Positions 7,747-16,451 of a stretch of DNA of 32,000 nt are shown piece after piece. Positions within the stretch are counted from its first letter, which is position 1. Each line of letters starts with the position of its first letter. The position numbers and the translations under genes are program-made. Source of the stretch: Planctomycetales bacterium (GTDB taxonomy: Bacteria > 4484-113 > JAFGCY01); contig CP060262.1 of NCBI GenBank assembly GCA_022646745.1, positions 150,001 through 182,000 on the forward strand. Direction: 5' to 3'. The notes beneath the pieces are model-generated. The model searched no databases. It was given only the letters and a program-made list of their open reading frames with translations, and had not been told where the DNA came from.

Positions 7747-7774
7747 TGGGATGACCTTCGGCAAGGAGAATTCC

Positions 7775-10378
7775 ATGCACCGTACCCTTACCCTATTGAT
7801 TTTCATTGCACTGCTCGCGGCATCCTGCGGCGGCAGTGCCACTCCCGGAACTGTCCAGCAGGCGGCTGAAAGCCCGCTGACTGGCCAGCTGGCGGACAAC
7901 GGCAGACTGCCGGAGGACGGCCTGCTGCCCTGGGAAAGCCTCAACGAGAACGGTTTCGTGGATCCCGCGACGGCGCGGCGCTCGACGGCAATCAATGAGA
8001 ACAGTGAATTCTGGCGCGGAGTGGATGCCTGGCAGACCGCCGGCAGCACGACGGCCACGGGCCAGGCCCTGCGGCTGGACAGCGGCAGCGCGGGCAGCGG
8101 TGAGCGCAGCAGCGCCACCTACCGCATCCCGTTGGCCGGCGAGAACCCGGCGATCCTGTCCACCGACATCAACCTGCGCAGCCGCGACGACGCCAGCGCC
8201 AGTGATTTCTTCATCAGCATCGCCAACTTCAGCAGCGGACGCTGGGACTGGTTCGGCCCCTTCAGTGACGGCCGCATCCGGCTGCCGCTGGATGAAGCTG
8301 CGACCGGGAACTACATCTCCGGACTGGGCAACGCCTTCGTGAGCGTGGCGGCCTACAACGGCAGCAGCTTTGACATCGTCGGAATCTCGCTCAACCAGTT
8401 CGACCCGGGCGATGCGACGGCACCCCCCGCCCCGAGCGGACTGAGCCTGGCGGCAAGAGTCGGCGCGGTGGAAATGCAGTGGAACGGCGTGATCGCAGCT
8501 GACCTCGCCGGCTATGCGATTTACTACAGTGACAAGACCTTCGTGAATCCGGGCAGTGCCGGGGTGAAGCAGCTCAACTACCTTGAGGGCGGCACGCGCC
8601 ACCTGCTCAGCGGTGTGAGCGGGACGGTATTCGTGGCCGTCAGTGCACTGGACCTCAGCGGCAACGAGAGCGCGATCTCCAGCGTGGAGAGCACCGCCGT
8701 GATCGCCGGTGATGGCCCAGTGCTCGAGCTGCTGGCGGGCAGCACGGAGGGTATCGTCGGCCAGCCGATCTCCCTGACGGCCAGCGGCTCGCCAGCCTTT
8801 GACTGGGACCTCGATGGCGACGGCACCTTTGAGGTGACAGGCGATGTGTCCGGCAGCCAGATTGCCGACACCGGCAAGGCGGGCATCATCCGCCCGGCGG
8901 TGCGCGGCTCCGATGGTTCCACGGCGGTGGCACTCGGCGCGGTCAGCCTCATCGTGGCCAGCGACCTGCCCCCGGTGGCGATCCTGACCGCCAACCGCAC
9001 CAAGGGTGCGATCATCGACGGCGGCACAAGTCCGCTCAACGTGCAGTTTGACGGTGGCAACAGCTATGACGACGGTCCGACACTGGATTACTCCTTCAGC
9101 CCGCTCGGTGATGGCAACTACTCCACTCCCTCATCGAATGCCAACTACAACCAGGGCTACTCCAGCTCCGGGCAGTACACGGCGATGATGCGCATCGAGG
9201 ACAGCGCCGGCCAGCAGGCGCTGGCCCTGCTGCCGATCCGCGTGGAGCAGGTGACGGGATTCAAGAACTACGTCGTCTATCCCGGCTACAACAGCGGCAT
9301 CTACGGCTGCATGGCAGTGGTCGCCGGCCGCCCGGCGGTGCTGTTCCGCAAGTTCGGCCCGACCCCGGACGACGATGGCCTGTTCTACAGCCGTGCAATG
9401 GATGACGGCGGCAGGCTGTGGGGAGAGCCGGTCAAGCTGGCTGACAACAACAACTATGGCGACTACTTCGACCTTGCCGTGATCGCAGGCAACCCGGCGA
9501 TCGCCTGGTACAAGTTCAGCGCGAACAAGGTGTTCTACCGCCGCGCCAGCAGCAGCACCGGCCAGACCCTGTCCGACTGGAACAACCCGGGATTCGAGAT
9601 CTCCGGGGTACTCAGTGTCAGCGACGAGGTCAGGCTGCTGGAGGTTTCCGGCAACCCGGCCGTGATCTGGACCGACGGCTCTGACATCAAGTACGTGCGT
9701 GCGACCGGCGGCTCCGGTACCGGTGACTTCGCCGGGGACTGGACGGACGCGCCCTTCAACATCGTGGCCGCTTCCAACATCGGCCCACGACCGGACTTCG
9801 CCATGATTGCCGGCAACCCGGCGATCGCCTACTGGAACACCGGCACCAATGAGGCCTGCTATGTGAGGGCGACTTCCGCCAGCGGTTCCAGTGCACTGGA
9901 CTGGCCGGCCACTCCCGTGGTTGTGGATGGCAGCGACACCTGTACTGGACGTGTCAACCTGCTGCAGGTGAATGGCGCACCGGCGATCAGCTTCTTTGAC
10001 AGCGCCGACGATTCCGATATCCATTACACCCGTGCCACCACGGCAACCGGCACCGACATGGCAGACTGGCCGGTGGCGGTTTCCGTCAACCACGGGTTCG
10101 GCAGTGGCAATACCTGGCACGACCTGGCGATCATCTCCGGCAGGCCGGCGATCGCCTATGCTGACTACCGTTCCGGAGCAGCGACCTCGTACCGCCGGGC
10201 GAATGATGCCAACGGTTCGTCCTGGGGCGATCCGATGAGGGTCGGATCCAACATCGACTACAACGACTCGATGTACGAGCGGGTCGACCTGGAGGACCTG
10301 AACGGCTTCCCGGTAGTCTATAACCACTACCAGAGCTGGGACCGTGGGGTCGTCAGCGTGCTGGAAAGTGAGTTGTAG
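7775..10378 (+). CDS. Surface lipoprotein paralog 1: N-terminal beta-sandwich-like region, FN3, 2x PKD-like, 7-repeat GNPAIAY propeller
   Basis: ATG 7775 is preceded by AAGGAGAA. Signal peptide and lipobox MHRTLTLLIFIALLAASC. FN3-like APPAPSGLSLAARVGAVEMQWNGVIAADLAGYAIYY. PKD-like FDWDLDGDGTFEV and a second PKD-like segment. Seven ~45-aa repeats (AGRPAVLF, AGNPAIAW, SGNPAVIW, AGNPAIAY, NGAPAISF, SGRPAIAY, NGFPVVY). Confidence 0.85.
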   Translation: MHRTLTLLIFIALLAASCGGSATPGTVQQAAESPLTGQLADNGRLPEDGLLPWESLNENGFVDPATARRSTAINENSEFWRGVDAWQTAGSTTATGQALRLDSGSAGSGERSSATYRIPLAGENPAILSTDINLRSRDDASASDFFISIANFSSGRWDWFGPFSDGRIRLPLDEAATGNYISGLGNAFVSVAAYNGSSFDIVGISLNQFDPGDATAPPAPSGLSLAARVGAVEMQWNGVIAADLAGYAIYYSDKTFVNPGSAGVKQLNYLEGGTRHLLSGVSGTVFVAVSALDLSGNESAISSVESTAVIAGDGPVLELLAGSTEGIVGQPISLTASGSPAFDWDLDGDGTFEVTGDVSGSQIADTGKAGIIRPAVRGSDGSTAVALGAVSLIVASDLPPVAILTANRTKGAIIDGGTSPLNVQFDGGNSYDDGPTLDYSFSPLGDGNYSTPSSNANYNQGYSSSGQYTAMMRIEDSAGQQALALLPIRVEQVTGFKNYVVYPGYNSGIYGCMAVVAGRPAVLFRKFGPTPDDDGLFYSRAMDDGGRLWGEPVKLADNNNYGDYFDLAVIAGNPAIAWYKFSANKVFYRRASSSTGQTLSDWNNPGFEISGVLSVSDEVRLLEVSGNPAVIWTDGSDIKYVRATGGSGTGDFAGDWTDAPFNIVAASNIGPRPDFAMIAGNPAIAYWNTGTNEACYVRATSASGSSALDWPATPVVVDGSDTCTGRVNLLQVNGAPAISFFDSADDSDIHYTRATTATGTDMADWPVAVSVNHGFGSGNTWHDLAIISGRPAIAYADYRSGAATSYRRANDANGSSWGDPMRVGSNIDYNDSMYERVDLEDLNGFPVVYNHYQSWDRGVVSVLESEL

Positions 10379-10402
10379 CGACCGGTCCAGCTGGCAACAA
10401 CA

Positions 10403-10440
10403 GGCCGCTGTGGGAGTTCCCATGGCGGCCTTTTCATTTC
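10403..10440 (+). terminator. Rho-independent terminator after paralog 1
   Basis: Stem ggccgc..tggga / tccca..gcggcc followed by ttttcatttc. Confidence 0.65.
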
Positions 10441-10479
10441 CGGGGAGCTTCCCTCTGGCAGCTTTCCCGAACAGGCGCA

Positions 10480-10488
10480 TGCTACATT
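10480..10488 (+). promoter_or_regulatory. Extended -10-like motif TGCTACATT upstream of paralog 2
   Basis: Lies 29 nt before ATG 10518. It is identical to the 9-mer before paralog 4. Confidence 0.35.
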
Positions 10489-10517
10489 TGTAGCCAGTTA
10501 ATGCAGAGGAGACTCCT

Positions 10518-13109
10518 ATGCACCGCATCCTGATTCCCCTGATGATCATTGCCCTGTTCGCGGTTTCCTGCGGCGGCAATGCCACTCCCGTACCGGTCCA
10601 GCCCGGCCAGGGAGCACTGACCGACATGCCGGCTGACAACGGGGCAATTCCCGAGGACAGCCTGCTGCCCTGGGAAAGCCTCAACGAGAACGGATTCGTG
10701 GATCCCGCGACGGCGCGGCGCTCCACCGCAATCAACGAGAACAGTGAATTCTGGCGTGGCGTGGATGCCTGGCAGGTGGCCGGCAGCACAACAAATGTGG
10801 GCCAAGCGCTGCGGCTGGACAGCGGCAGTGCGGGCAGCGGTGAGCGCAGCAGCGCCACCTACCGCATCCCGCTCACGGGTGAGAACCCGGCGATCCTGTC
10901 TACCGACATCAACCTGCGCAAGCGCGACGACGACAGTGCCAGCGGGTTCTACATCAGCATCGCCAACTTCGAGACGGGCCGCTGGGACTGGTTCGGTCAG
11001 TACAGCGACGGCCGGATCAGGCTGTCGCTGTCCGAGGCTGCGACGGGGAACTACATCTCCGGACTGGGCAACGCCTTCGTCAGCGTAGTGGCCTACAACG
11101 GCAGCAGCTTCGACATCGTCGGCGTCTCACTCAACCAGTTCGACCCGGCTGATGCGACGGCACCGCCTGCCCCGAGCGGACTGAGCCTGGCGGCACGCGT
11201 CGGCGCGGTGGAAATGCAGTGGAACGGCGTGATCGCAGCTGACCTGGCCGGCTACGCGATCTACTACAGTGACAAGACATTCGTCAACCCGGGCAGTGCC
11301 GGTGTGAAGAAGCTGAATTACCTCGAGGGCGGCACGCGCCACCTGCTCAGCGGTGTGAGCGGGACGGTGTTCGTGGCGGTGTCCGCGGTGGACCTCAGCG
11401 GCAACGAGAGCGCGATCTCCAGCGTGGAGAGCACCGCCGTGATCGCCGGTGACGGCCCGGTGCTCGAGCTGCTGGCCGGCAGCACCGAGGGCATCGTCGG
11501 TGAGCCGATCACGCTGACAGCCAGCGGGTCCCCGGCCTTTGACTGGGACCTCGATGGCGACGGCACGTTTGAGGTGACCGGCGACGTGTCCGGCAGCCAG
11601 CTGGCTGACACCGGCAAGGCGGGCATCCTCCGCCCGGCGGTGCGCGGTTCCGACGGCGCTACGGCTGTGGCACTCGGCGCGGTAAGCCTGATCATCGCCC
11701 AGGACCTGCCGCCGGTGGCGGTGCTGACAGCCAACCGCCTGCGCGGCGCGATCATCAACGGCGAGACCAGCCCGCTGAGCGTGAACTTCAGTGCCGGCCA
11801 GAGTTATGACGACGGCCCGACGCTGGACTTCGCCTGGGCACTGACCGGTGATGCCAGCTTCGGCCCGGCCGGACCGGCTGACAGCAACTCCTACCAGTAT
11901 TCCAAGAGCGGCGTGTTCGTGGCGATGATCCGCGCCGAGGACAGCGCGGGCCAGGTGGCCTATGCCCAGCTGCCGATCAGCGTCGAGCAGGTGACGGGCT
12001 TCCGTGCATCCTTCCTGTGTGACAACCCGGCCGGCCTGTTCGGTTCACTGGCAATCGTGGACGGTCATCCAGCGGTGGCCTTCCGCCGCTTCGGCCCCGG
12101 CGCCGCACTGGACGGCCTGTTCTACAACCGTGCACTGGACAGCGAAGGCAAGCTCTGGGGCGAGCCGGTGCCACTCCAGACCCAGCCGAACTGGGGCGAC
12201 TTCGCTTGCCTGGCGGTGATCGCCGGCAACCCGGCGATCGCCTACAACAACGGCAACGTGCCCGGCATCTGCTACATCCGCGCCAGCTCCAGCACTGGCC
12301 AGACCCTGGCGGACTGGAACAATGCGCCTGTCGTGCTGACAACTCCGGCCTTCGCCTCCGAGGAGATCGAGCTCATCGACCTGAATGGCAACCCGGCGGT
12401 GGTCTGGTTCGACAGCGGTGACATCTGGTTCCAGCGTGCCACCTCCGCCGCCGGAACCGGTGACAACGCCGGTGACTGGGGTGACCCGGCCATTGAGATC
12501 TACAATGCCGGCAACGCCGATGTACGGCCGGATTTCAAGATCATTGACGGCAACCCGGCTGTGGCCTTCCGCCAGTCGGCCGCCAACCAGGCGATGTACC
12601 TGCGTGCCACCAGCAGCACCGGCGCCAGCGCGCTGGACTGGCCGGGCGTGCCAGTCGTGGTCAGTGCAGCTCATACCGTCACCGGGCGCGTCAACCTCGA
12701 GTTCGTCAGCGGCGCCCCGGCGGTCTCCTACTACGAAAGCGGCAACAGCCTGCGCTATACGCGGGCCAACACCAGCACCGGCTCAATTGCGGCCGACTGG
12801 CCGCTGTCAACGGTGATTGACGAGGGCTTCGGCCAGGGCACAACCTGGCATGACCTCGCGATGGTCGGCGGGAGGCCGGCGATCGCCTACGAGGACTTCC
12901 AGTCCGGCCAGCACACGAAGTACCGCCGGGCCAACAACTCGACCGGCAGCTCATGGGGTGAGGAATGGCATGTGGCCCCGCAGAATGACTGGCAGGACTC
13001 GGCCTACATGCGCATCGACCTGGAGGACCTGAACGGCTTCCCGGCGATCTACGTGCACCACCAGAACTTCGACCGGCCTTCGTTCTACACCTTCGACACT
13101 GAACTGTAG
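10518..13109 (+). CDS. Surface lipoprotein paralog 2 (same architecture as paralog 1)
   Basis: GAGGAG SD; MHRILIPLMIIALFAVSC lipobox. Nearly identical to paralog 1 at nucleotide level over about the first 1.2 kb. The second PKD-like segment and the propeller are divergent. Confidence 0.85.
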   Translation: MHRILIPLMIIALFAVSCGGNATPVPVQPGQGALTDMPADNGAIPEDSLLPWESLNENGFVDPATARRSTAINENSEFWRGVDAWQVAGSTTNVGQALRLDSGSAGSGERSSATYRIPLTGENPAILSTDINLRKRDDDSASGFYISIANFETGRWDWFGQYSDGRIRLSLSEAATGNYISGLGNAFVSVVAYNGSSFDIVGVSLNQFDPADATAPPAPSGLSLAARVGAVEMQWNGVIAADLAGYAIYYSDKTFVNPGSAGVKKLNYLEGGTRHLLSGVSGTVFVAVSAVDLSGNESAISSVESTAVIAGDGPVLELLAGSTEGIVGEPITLTASGSPAFDWDLDGDGTFEVTGDVSGSQLADTGKAGILRPAVRGSDGATAVALGAVSLIIAQDLPPVAVLTANRLRGAIINGETSPLSVNFSAGQSYDDGPTLDFAWALTGDASFGPAGPADSNSYQYSKSGVFVAMIRAEDSAGQVAYAQLPISVEQVTGFRASFLCDNPAGLFGSLAIVDGHPAVAFRRFGPGAALDGLFYNRALDSEGKLWGEPVPLQTQPNWGDFACLAVIAGNPAIAYNNGNVPGICYIRASSSTGQTLADWNNAPVVLTTPAFASEEIELIDLNGNPAVVWFDSGDIWFQRATSAAGTGDNAGDWGDPAIEIYNAGNADVRPDFKIIDGNPAVAFRQSAANQAMYLRATSSTGASALDWPGVPVVVSAAHTVTGRVNLEFVSGAPAVSYYESGNSLRYTRANTSTGSIAADWPLSTVIDEGFGQGTTWHDLAMVGGRPAIAYEDFQSGQHTKYRRANNSTGSSWGEEWHVAPQNDWQDSAYMRIDLEDLNGFPAIYVHHQNFDRPSFYTFDTEL

Positions 13110-13136
13110 TCCGGGCCATTGACCTGGCACACCAGG

Positions 13137-13176
13137 GCCGCCGTGGAACTTCTCCACGGCGGCTCTTTTCTGTTTC
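13137..13176 (+). terminator. Rho-independent terminator after paralog 2
   Basis: 11-bp stem gccgccgtgga / tccacggcggc, loop acttc, then tcttttctgttt. Confidence 0.75.
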
Positions 13177-13186
13177 GGCTGCACCA

Positions 13187-13195
13187 TGCTAAGTT
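13187..13195 (+). promoter_or_regulatory. Extended -10-like motif TGCTAAGTT upstream of paralog 3
   Basis: Lies 31 nt before ATG 13227, directly after the preceding terminator. Confidence 0.35.
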
Positions 13196-13226
13196 ATTGC
13201 AGGCTAACAAAGCACGGAGATCCGAC

Positions 13227-15791
13227 ATGCGCCCAATACTTATTGCCATGCTGACAGTCCTGCTTGCTTCCTGCACCGGCAGCAATCCCCAGACTATGGC
13301 GAAACCAGGCAGCAATCCGCTTGATGGAACAGCGCTGGCCGGATCCGGCCCAGTCCCGGATGATACCCTGCTGCCCTGGGAAGGGATCACTGCCGACGGC
13401 ATGGTTGATCCAGCCACCGGCCGGCGTTCCACCGCCATCAACGGAGACAGCGAATTCTGGCGCGGGGTGGACGCCTGGCAGACCGAGGGCAGTGCCTCGC
13501 CAGATGGCCAGGCCCTGGCTCTCAGCAGTGGTGACAGCGGCAGCGGCCAGCGCAGCCAGGCGACCTACCGCATTCCGCTGACGGGGGAGAACCCGGCGAT
13601 GCTGTCAACGGACCTGAACCTGCATCCGCGCAGTGACGGCAGCCAGAGCGAATACAGTATAGGCATCGCGAACTACAGCACGGGCCGCTGGGACTTCCAC
13701 GGCCCGTTCAGCGATGGACGCATCCGCCTGCCGATTGACGCGGCGGCGACGGGGGACTACATCTCCGGGCTTGGCAACTGCTACCTGAGCATAGTTGTCT
13801 ACAACGGCAGTGCGCTGGACATCGTCGGCGTGGCGCTGAACCAGCTGGACCCGGATGATACGAACGCACCTCCCGTACCGACCGGCCTTAGCCTGGCGGC
13901 GGTTGACGGCGGGCTGGAACTGCAGTGGAACAGCGTGCTGGCCGCCGACCTGGCGGGCTACGGTATCTACTGGAGCAACGCGGAATTCAGCGCGCTGGAC
14001 GAGGCAGGCGTGCGCAGCCTGCCCTACCTGGAAGGCAGTACCAGGCACGTGCTGGGCGGGCTCAGCGGACTGACATTCGTGGCGATCACCGCAATGGACC
14101 TGAATGGCAACGAAAGCGGATTCATCATGCTGGATGAAACGGCGGGCACGGGTGATGCCCCCGGCCTGTCACTGGAAGCCCAGGCCACGAGCGGCAGGAC
14201 CGGAGACAGCATCCAGCTGGCCGCCCAGGGGGCCGCGAGCTACGACTGGGACCTGGATGGCGACGGCATCTATGAGGTGACCGGCGACGTCGGCGGAGTG
14301 ATGCCGGCTGACACCGGCAAGGCTGGAATCATCAGGCCCGCGGTGCGCGGCACTGACGGCACAGCGGTCGCCCTGGAGGCGGTCTCACTGATCATCTCGC
14401 AGGACCTGCCGCCCGTTGCGATGCTGTCCACTGACAACGGTGAGGGCGTACTGTTCTACGGGGAGCTCACGCCGTTCAGCTGCAACCTCAGTGCAGCGGG
14501 AAGTTATGATGACGATGCCATCAGCGACTTTTCCTTCAGTCCGCTCGGTGACGGCAGCTTCAGCAGCAACGGCACGGACCCGGGCTTCGCCGCCCAGTAC
14601 GGCAAGCCCGGGCTGTTCTATGCAAGCCTGCGGGTGGAGGACAGTGCCGGCCAGCAGGCCCAGGCAGCTGTGCTGCAGCGGGTGCGCCAGGTCAGCGGCT
14701 TTGAGGCGCGCACCTACAACAACAACGCCAACACCGGACAGATGGCGCATATCGCGGTCGTGGCGGGCAATCCCGCACTGGTCTACAACTCCGCGCTCGG
14801 CCCGGACCTTGACGGCGTCATCTACCAGCGTGCGCTGGACCCGCAGGGGCATATCTGGGGTGATCCCATCGTCCTGCTTGACAATGCCGGGGATGGCGAC
14901 CTGCCGATGCTAGAGATCATCAACGGCAACCCGGCGATCACCTTCCACGACCTCGTTTCCGGGGACCTGATGTACGCGCGTGCCACCAGCAGCACAGGAC
15001 AGAACAAGGTGGACTGGCCGGAAGCGATATCAGTTGACATCGGGCCCGTGGCGCGCAAGCCCGTGCTGAGGGAGGTTGATGGCCAGCCGGCGATAGCCTA
15101 TGTCAGCGGATCAAAGCTGTTCTACGTACGGGCCACCGGCAACAGCGGCAGTTCGGCCGGGGACTGGTCCGTGCCACGCATGGAACTGTACTCGGCCCCC
15201 GGGCTGCAGTGGCTGCCGGAGATGAAGGTGGTGGCCGGCAACCCGGCGATCGGGTTCATCAACCTGGATGACAACGAAGCCCTGTACATGCGGTCCACCA
15301 CGGCGGACGGCGCAAGTGGACTGGACTGGCCGGCGGTGCCGGTGGTCGTCAGCGGTGCCGACCCGGCATCCTCGGTCATCGACCTGGCGGTGATTGACGG
15401 CAACCCGGCGATGACCTACCTTGACCTGAACAGCCTCGGCCTGGTCTACACGCGCTCCAACACCGCGACCGGGACCAATGCGGCGGACTGGCCCAATGCG
15501 ATCGTGATCGACGCTGGCAACCTGCAGGGTGCTGACTTCCAATGCCTGGCGGAGGTTGGCGGCTATCCCGTGGTGGCCTACACCGACACCCAGTTCGGCG
15601 TCCGCACGAATGTCCGTCGCGGGCTGACAACGACCGGCAGCAGCTGGGGACCGGAACTGACGGTCGCCAATCCGGACGATTCAGTCTACTACTGGATCGA
15701 ACTGATCGACCTGCACGGCCTGCCTGCAGTGGCAGTGTACAACACCAGCCGGAGCCAGGGCATGTTCAGCACACCCGGGCTCTACGACTGA
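13227..15791 (+). CDS. Surface lipoprotein paralog 3 (same architecture, most divergent propeller)
   Basis: ATG 13227 (MRPILIAMLTVLLASC) is preceded by ACGGAGA. The listed ORF start at 13119 would read through the terminator hairpin. Its FN3 and PKD-like segments resemble those of paralog 4. Repeats: AGNPALVY, NGNPAITF, DGQPAIAY, AGNPAIGF, DGNPAMTY, GGYPVVAY, HGLPAVAV. Confidence 0.85.
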   Translation: MRPILIAMLTVLLASCTGSNPQTMAKPGSNPLDGTALAGSGPVPDDTLLPWEGITADGMVDPATGRRSTAINGDSEFWRGVDAWQTEGSASPDGQALALSSGDSGSGQRSQATYRIPLTGENPAMLSTDLNLHPRSDGSQSEYSIGIANYSTGRWDFHGPFSDGRIRLPIDAAATGDYISGLGNCYLSIVVYNGSALDIVGVALNQLDPDDTNAPPVPTGLSLAAVDGGLELQWNSVLAADLAGYGIYWSNAEFSALDEAGVRSLPYLEGSTRHVLGGLSGLTFVAITAMDLNGNESGFIMLDETAGTGDAPGLSLEAQATSGRTGDSIQLAAQGAASYDWDLDGDGIYEVTGDVGGVMPADTGKAGIIRPAVRGTDGTAVALEAVSLIISQDLPPVAMLSTDNGEGVLFYGELTPFSCNLSAAGSYDDDAISDFSFSPLGDGSFSSNGTDPGFAAQYGKPGLFYASLRVEDSAGQQAQAAVLQRVRQVSGFEARTYNNNANTGQMAHIAVVAGNPALVYNSALGPDLDGVIYQRALDPQGHIWGDPIVLLDNAGDGDLPMLEIINGNPAITFHDLVSGDLMYARATSSTGQNKVDWPEAISVDIGPVARKPVLREVDGQPAIAYVSGSKLFYVRATGNSGSSAGDWSVPRMELYSAPGLQWLPEMKVVAGNPAIGFINLDDNEALYMRSTTADGASGLDWPAVPVVVSGADPASSVIDLAVIDGNPAMTYLDLNSLGLVYTRSNTATGTNAADWPNAIVIDAGNLQGADFQCLAEVGGYPVVAYTDTQFGVRTNVRRGLTTTGSSWGPELTVANPDDSVYYWIELIDLHGLPAVAVYNTSRSQGMFSTPGLYD

Positions 15792-15800
15792 GGCCTTAGC

Positions 15801-16271
15801 TCAGGCGATGGCAACCATCAGGTCGCAGTGCAGCTTGCCGCCCTGCTCATCGAGGAAGCCGGCGGGGTAATGCTCGAGCGCGACCCAATGCGGGTCGTGG
15901 TGCAGGCCGGCATCCAGCAGCCGGCGGCTGAAGATGTCACCCATCGCGCGCGGCAGCCTGTGCGGGTCGTCATGGAAATGCCAGACGGCGTAGCGCTTCG
16001 AGGGGATGGCGATGCTGTCCAGCCCGGCCGGGATTGCGTCACCGGGCATCAGCCGGACCGCCGTCCAGTAGTGGATGCCCTTGCCACCGGGCATCGGGAT
16101 GCTGATCCCGTAACGGTCCCGTGGTGCATCGGTGCGGCCGAGGAATGCGTTGAGGCGCTGCCAGAGCTCGCTGATCCCCTGGCAGTCGTAGTTCGGGCAG
16201 TCCAGCGCCAGCCCGACCGCCGTCCATTCTCCCATTGTCACGATGCGAGGTTTCAGTGCGACTGTGTCCAT
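15801..16271 (-). CDS. GyrI-like / AraC-effector-binding-fold small-molecule-binding protein (paralog 1)
   Basis: 156 aa, ATG preceded by AGGGAG. Length and pattern (WTAVGL...W..L...., YW.AV....G...P.GLD...IP...YAVW.FH) are typical of GyrI-like/Cass2-like domains. It is clearly paralogous to 19124..19597 and convergent to paralog 3, with only a 9-nt gap. Confidence 0.6.
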   Translation of the reverse strand: MDTVALKPRIVTMGEWTAVGLALDCPNYDCQGISELWQRLNAFLGRTDAPRDRYGISIPMPGGKGIHYWTAVRLMPGDAIPAGLDSIAIPSKRYAVWHFHDDPHRLPRAMGDIFSRRLLDAGLHHDPHWVALEHYPAGFLDEQGGKLHCDLMVAIA

Positions 16272-16400
16272 GGCTACACTCCCTGCAACCCGGCCGGACA
16301 GCCTCCCTGCGCCCGAAACCGGACGCTGTGACCTAACGACAGTGTAACGCCGCGAGAAGGATCCTGCCGGAAAGTGAGTGCCGGGTGGGCACCGGTCAGC

Positions 16401-16409
16401 TGCTACATT
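16401..16409 (+). promoter_or_regulatory. Extended -10-like motif TGCTACATT upstream of paralog 4
   Basis: Lies 42 nt before ATG 16452, in the divergent intergenic region shared with the GyrI-like gene. Confidence 0.35.
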
Positions 16410-16451
16410 AATTCGGGGTGATGCCCGAAAGCGGGATTCCCGGAGGCGATT

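Noticed and set aside
7618-8118. N-terminal 167-aa extension of the membrane-protein ORF
   Set aside because: It runs antisense through the promoter, SD and signal-peptide region of lipoprotein paralog 1. The hydrophobic protein begins plausibly at ATG 7617.
9131-10858. 575-aa minus-strand ORF that shares an N-terminal MALLRSPLPALPLSSR... sequence with the upstream part of ORF 6511..8118
   Set aside because: Both lie antisense to the conserved 5' regions of lipoprotein paralogs 1 and 2. The apparent conservation only mirrors the sense-strand duplication. The ORF would also span a terminator and a promoter region.
13119-13226. Upstream extension of lipoprotein paralog 3; likewise 7706-7774 for paralog 1 and 19598-19702 for the second GyrI-like gene
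   Set aside because: The extensions read through terminator hairpins or promoter motifs and lack an SD. The internal ATGs have SD sequences and give proper signal peptides or aligned paralog N-termini.
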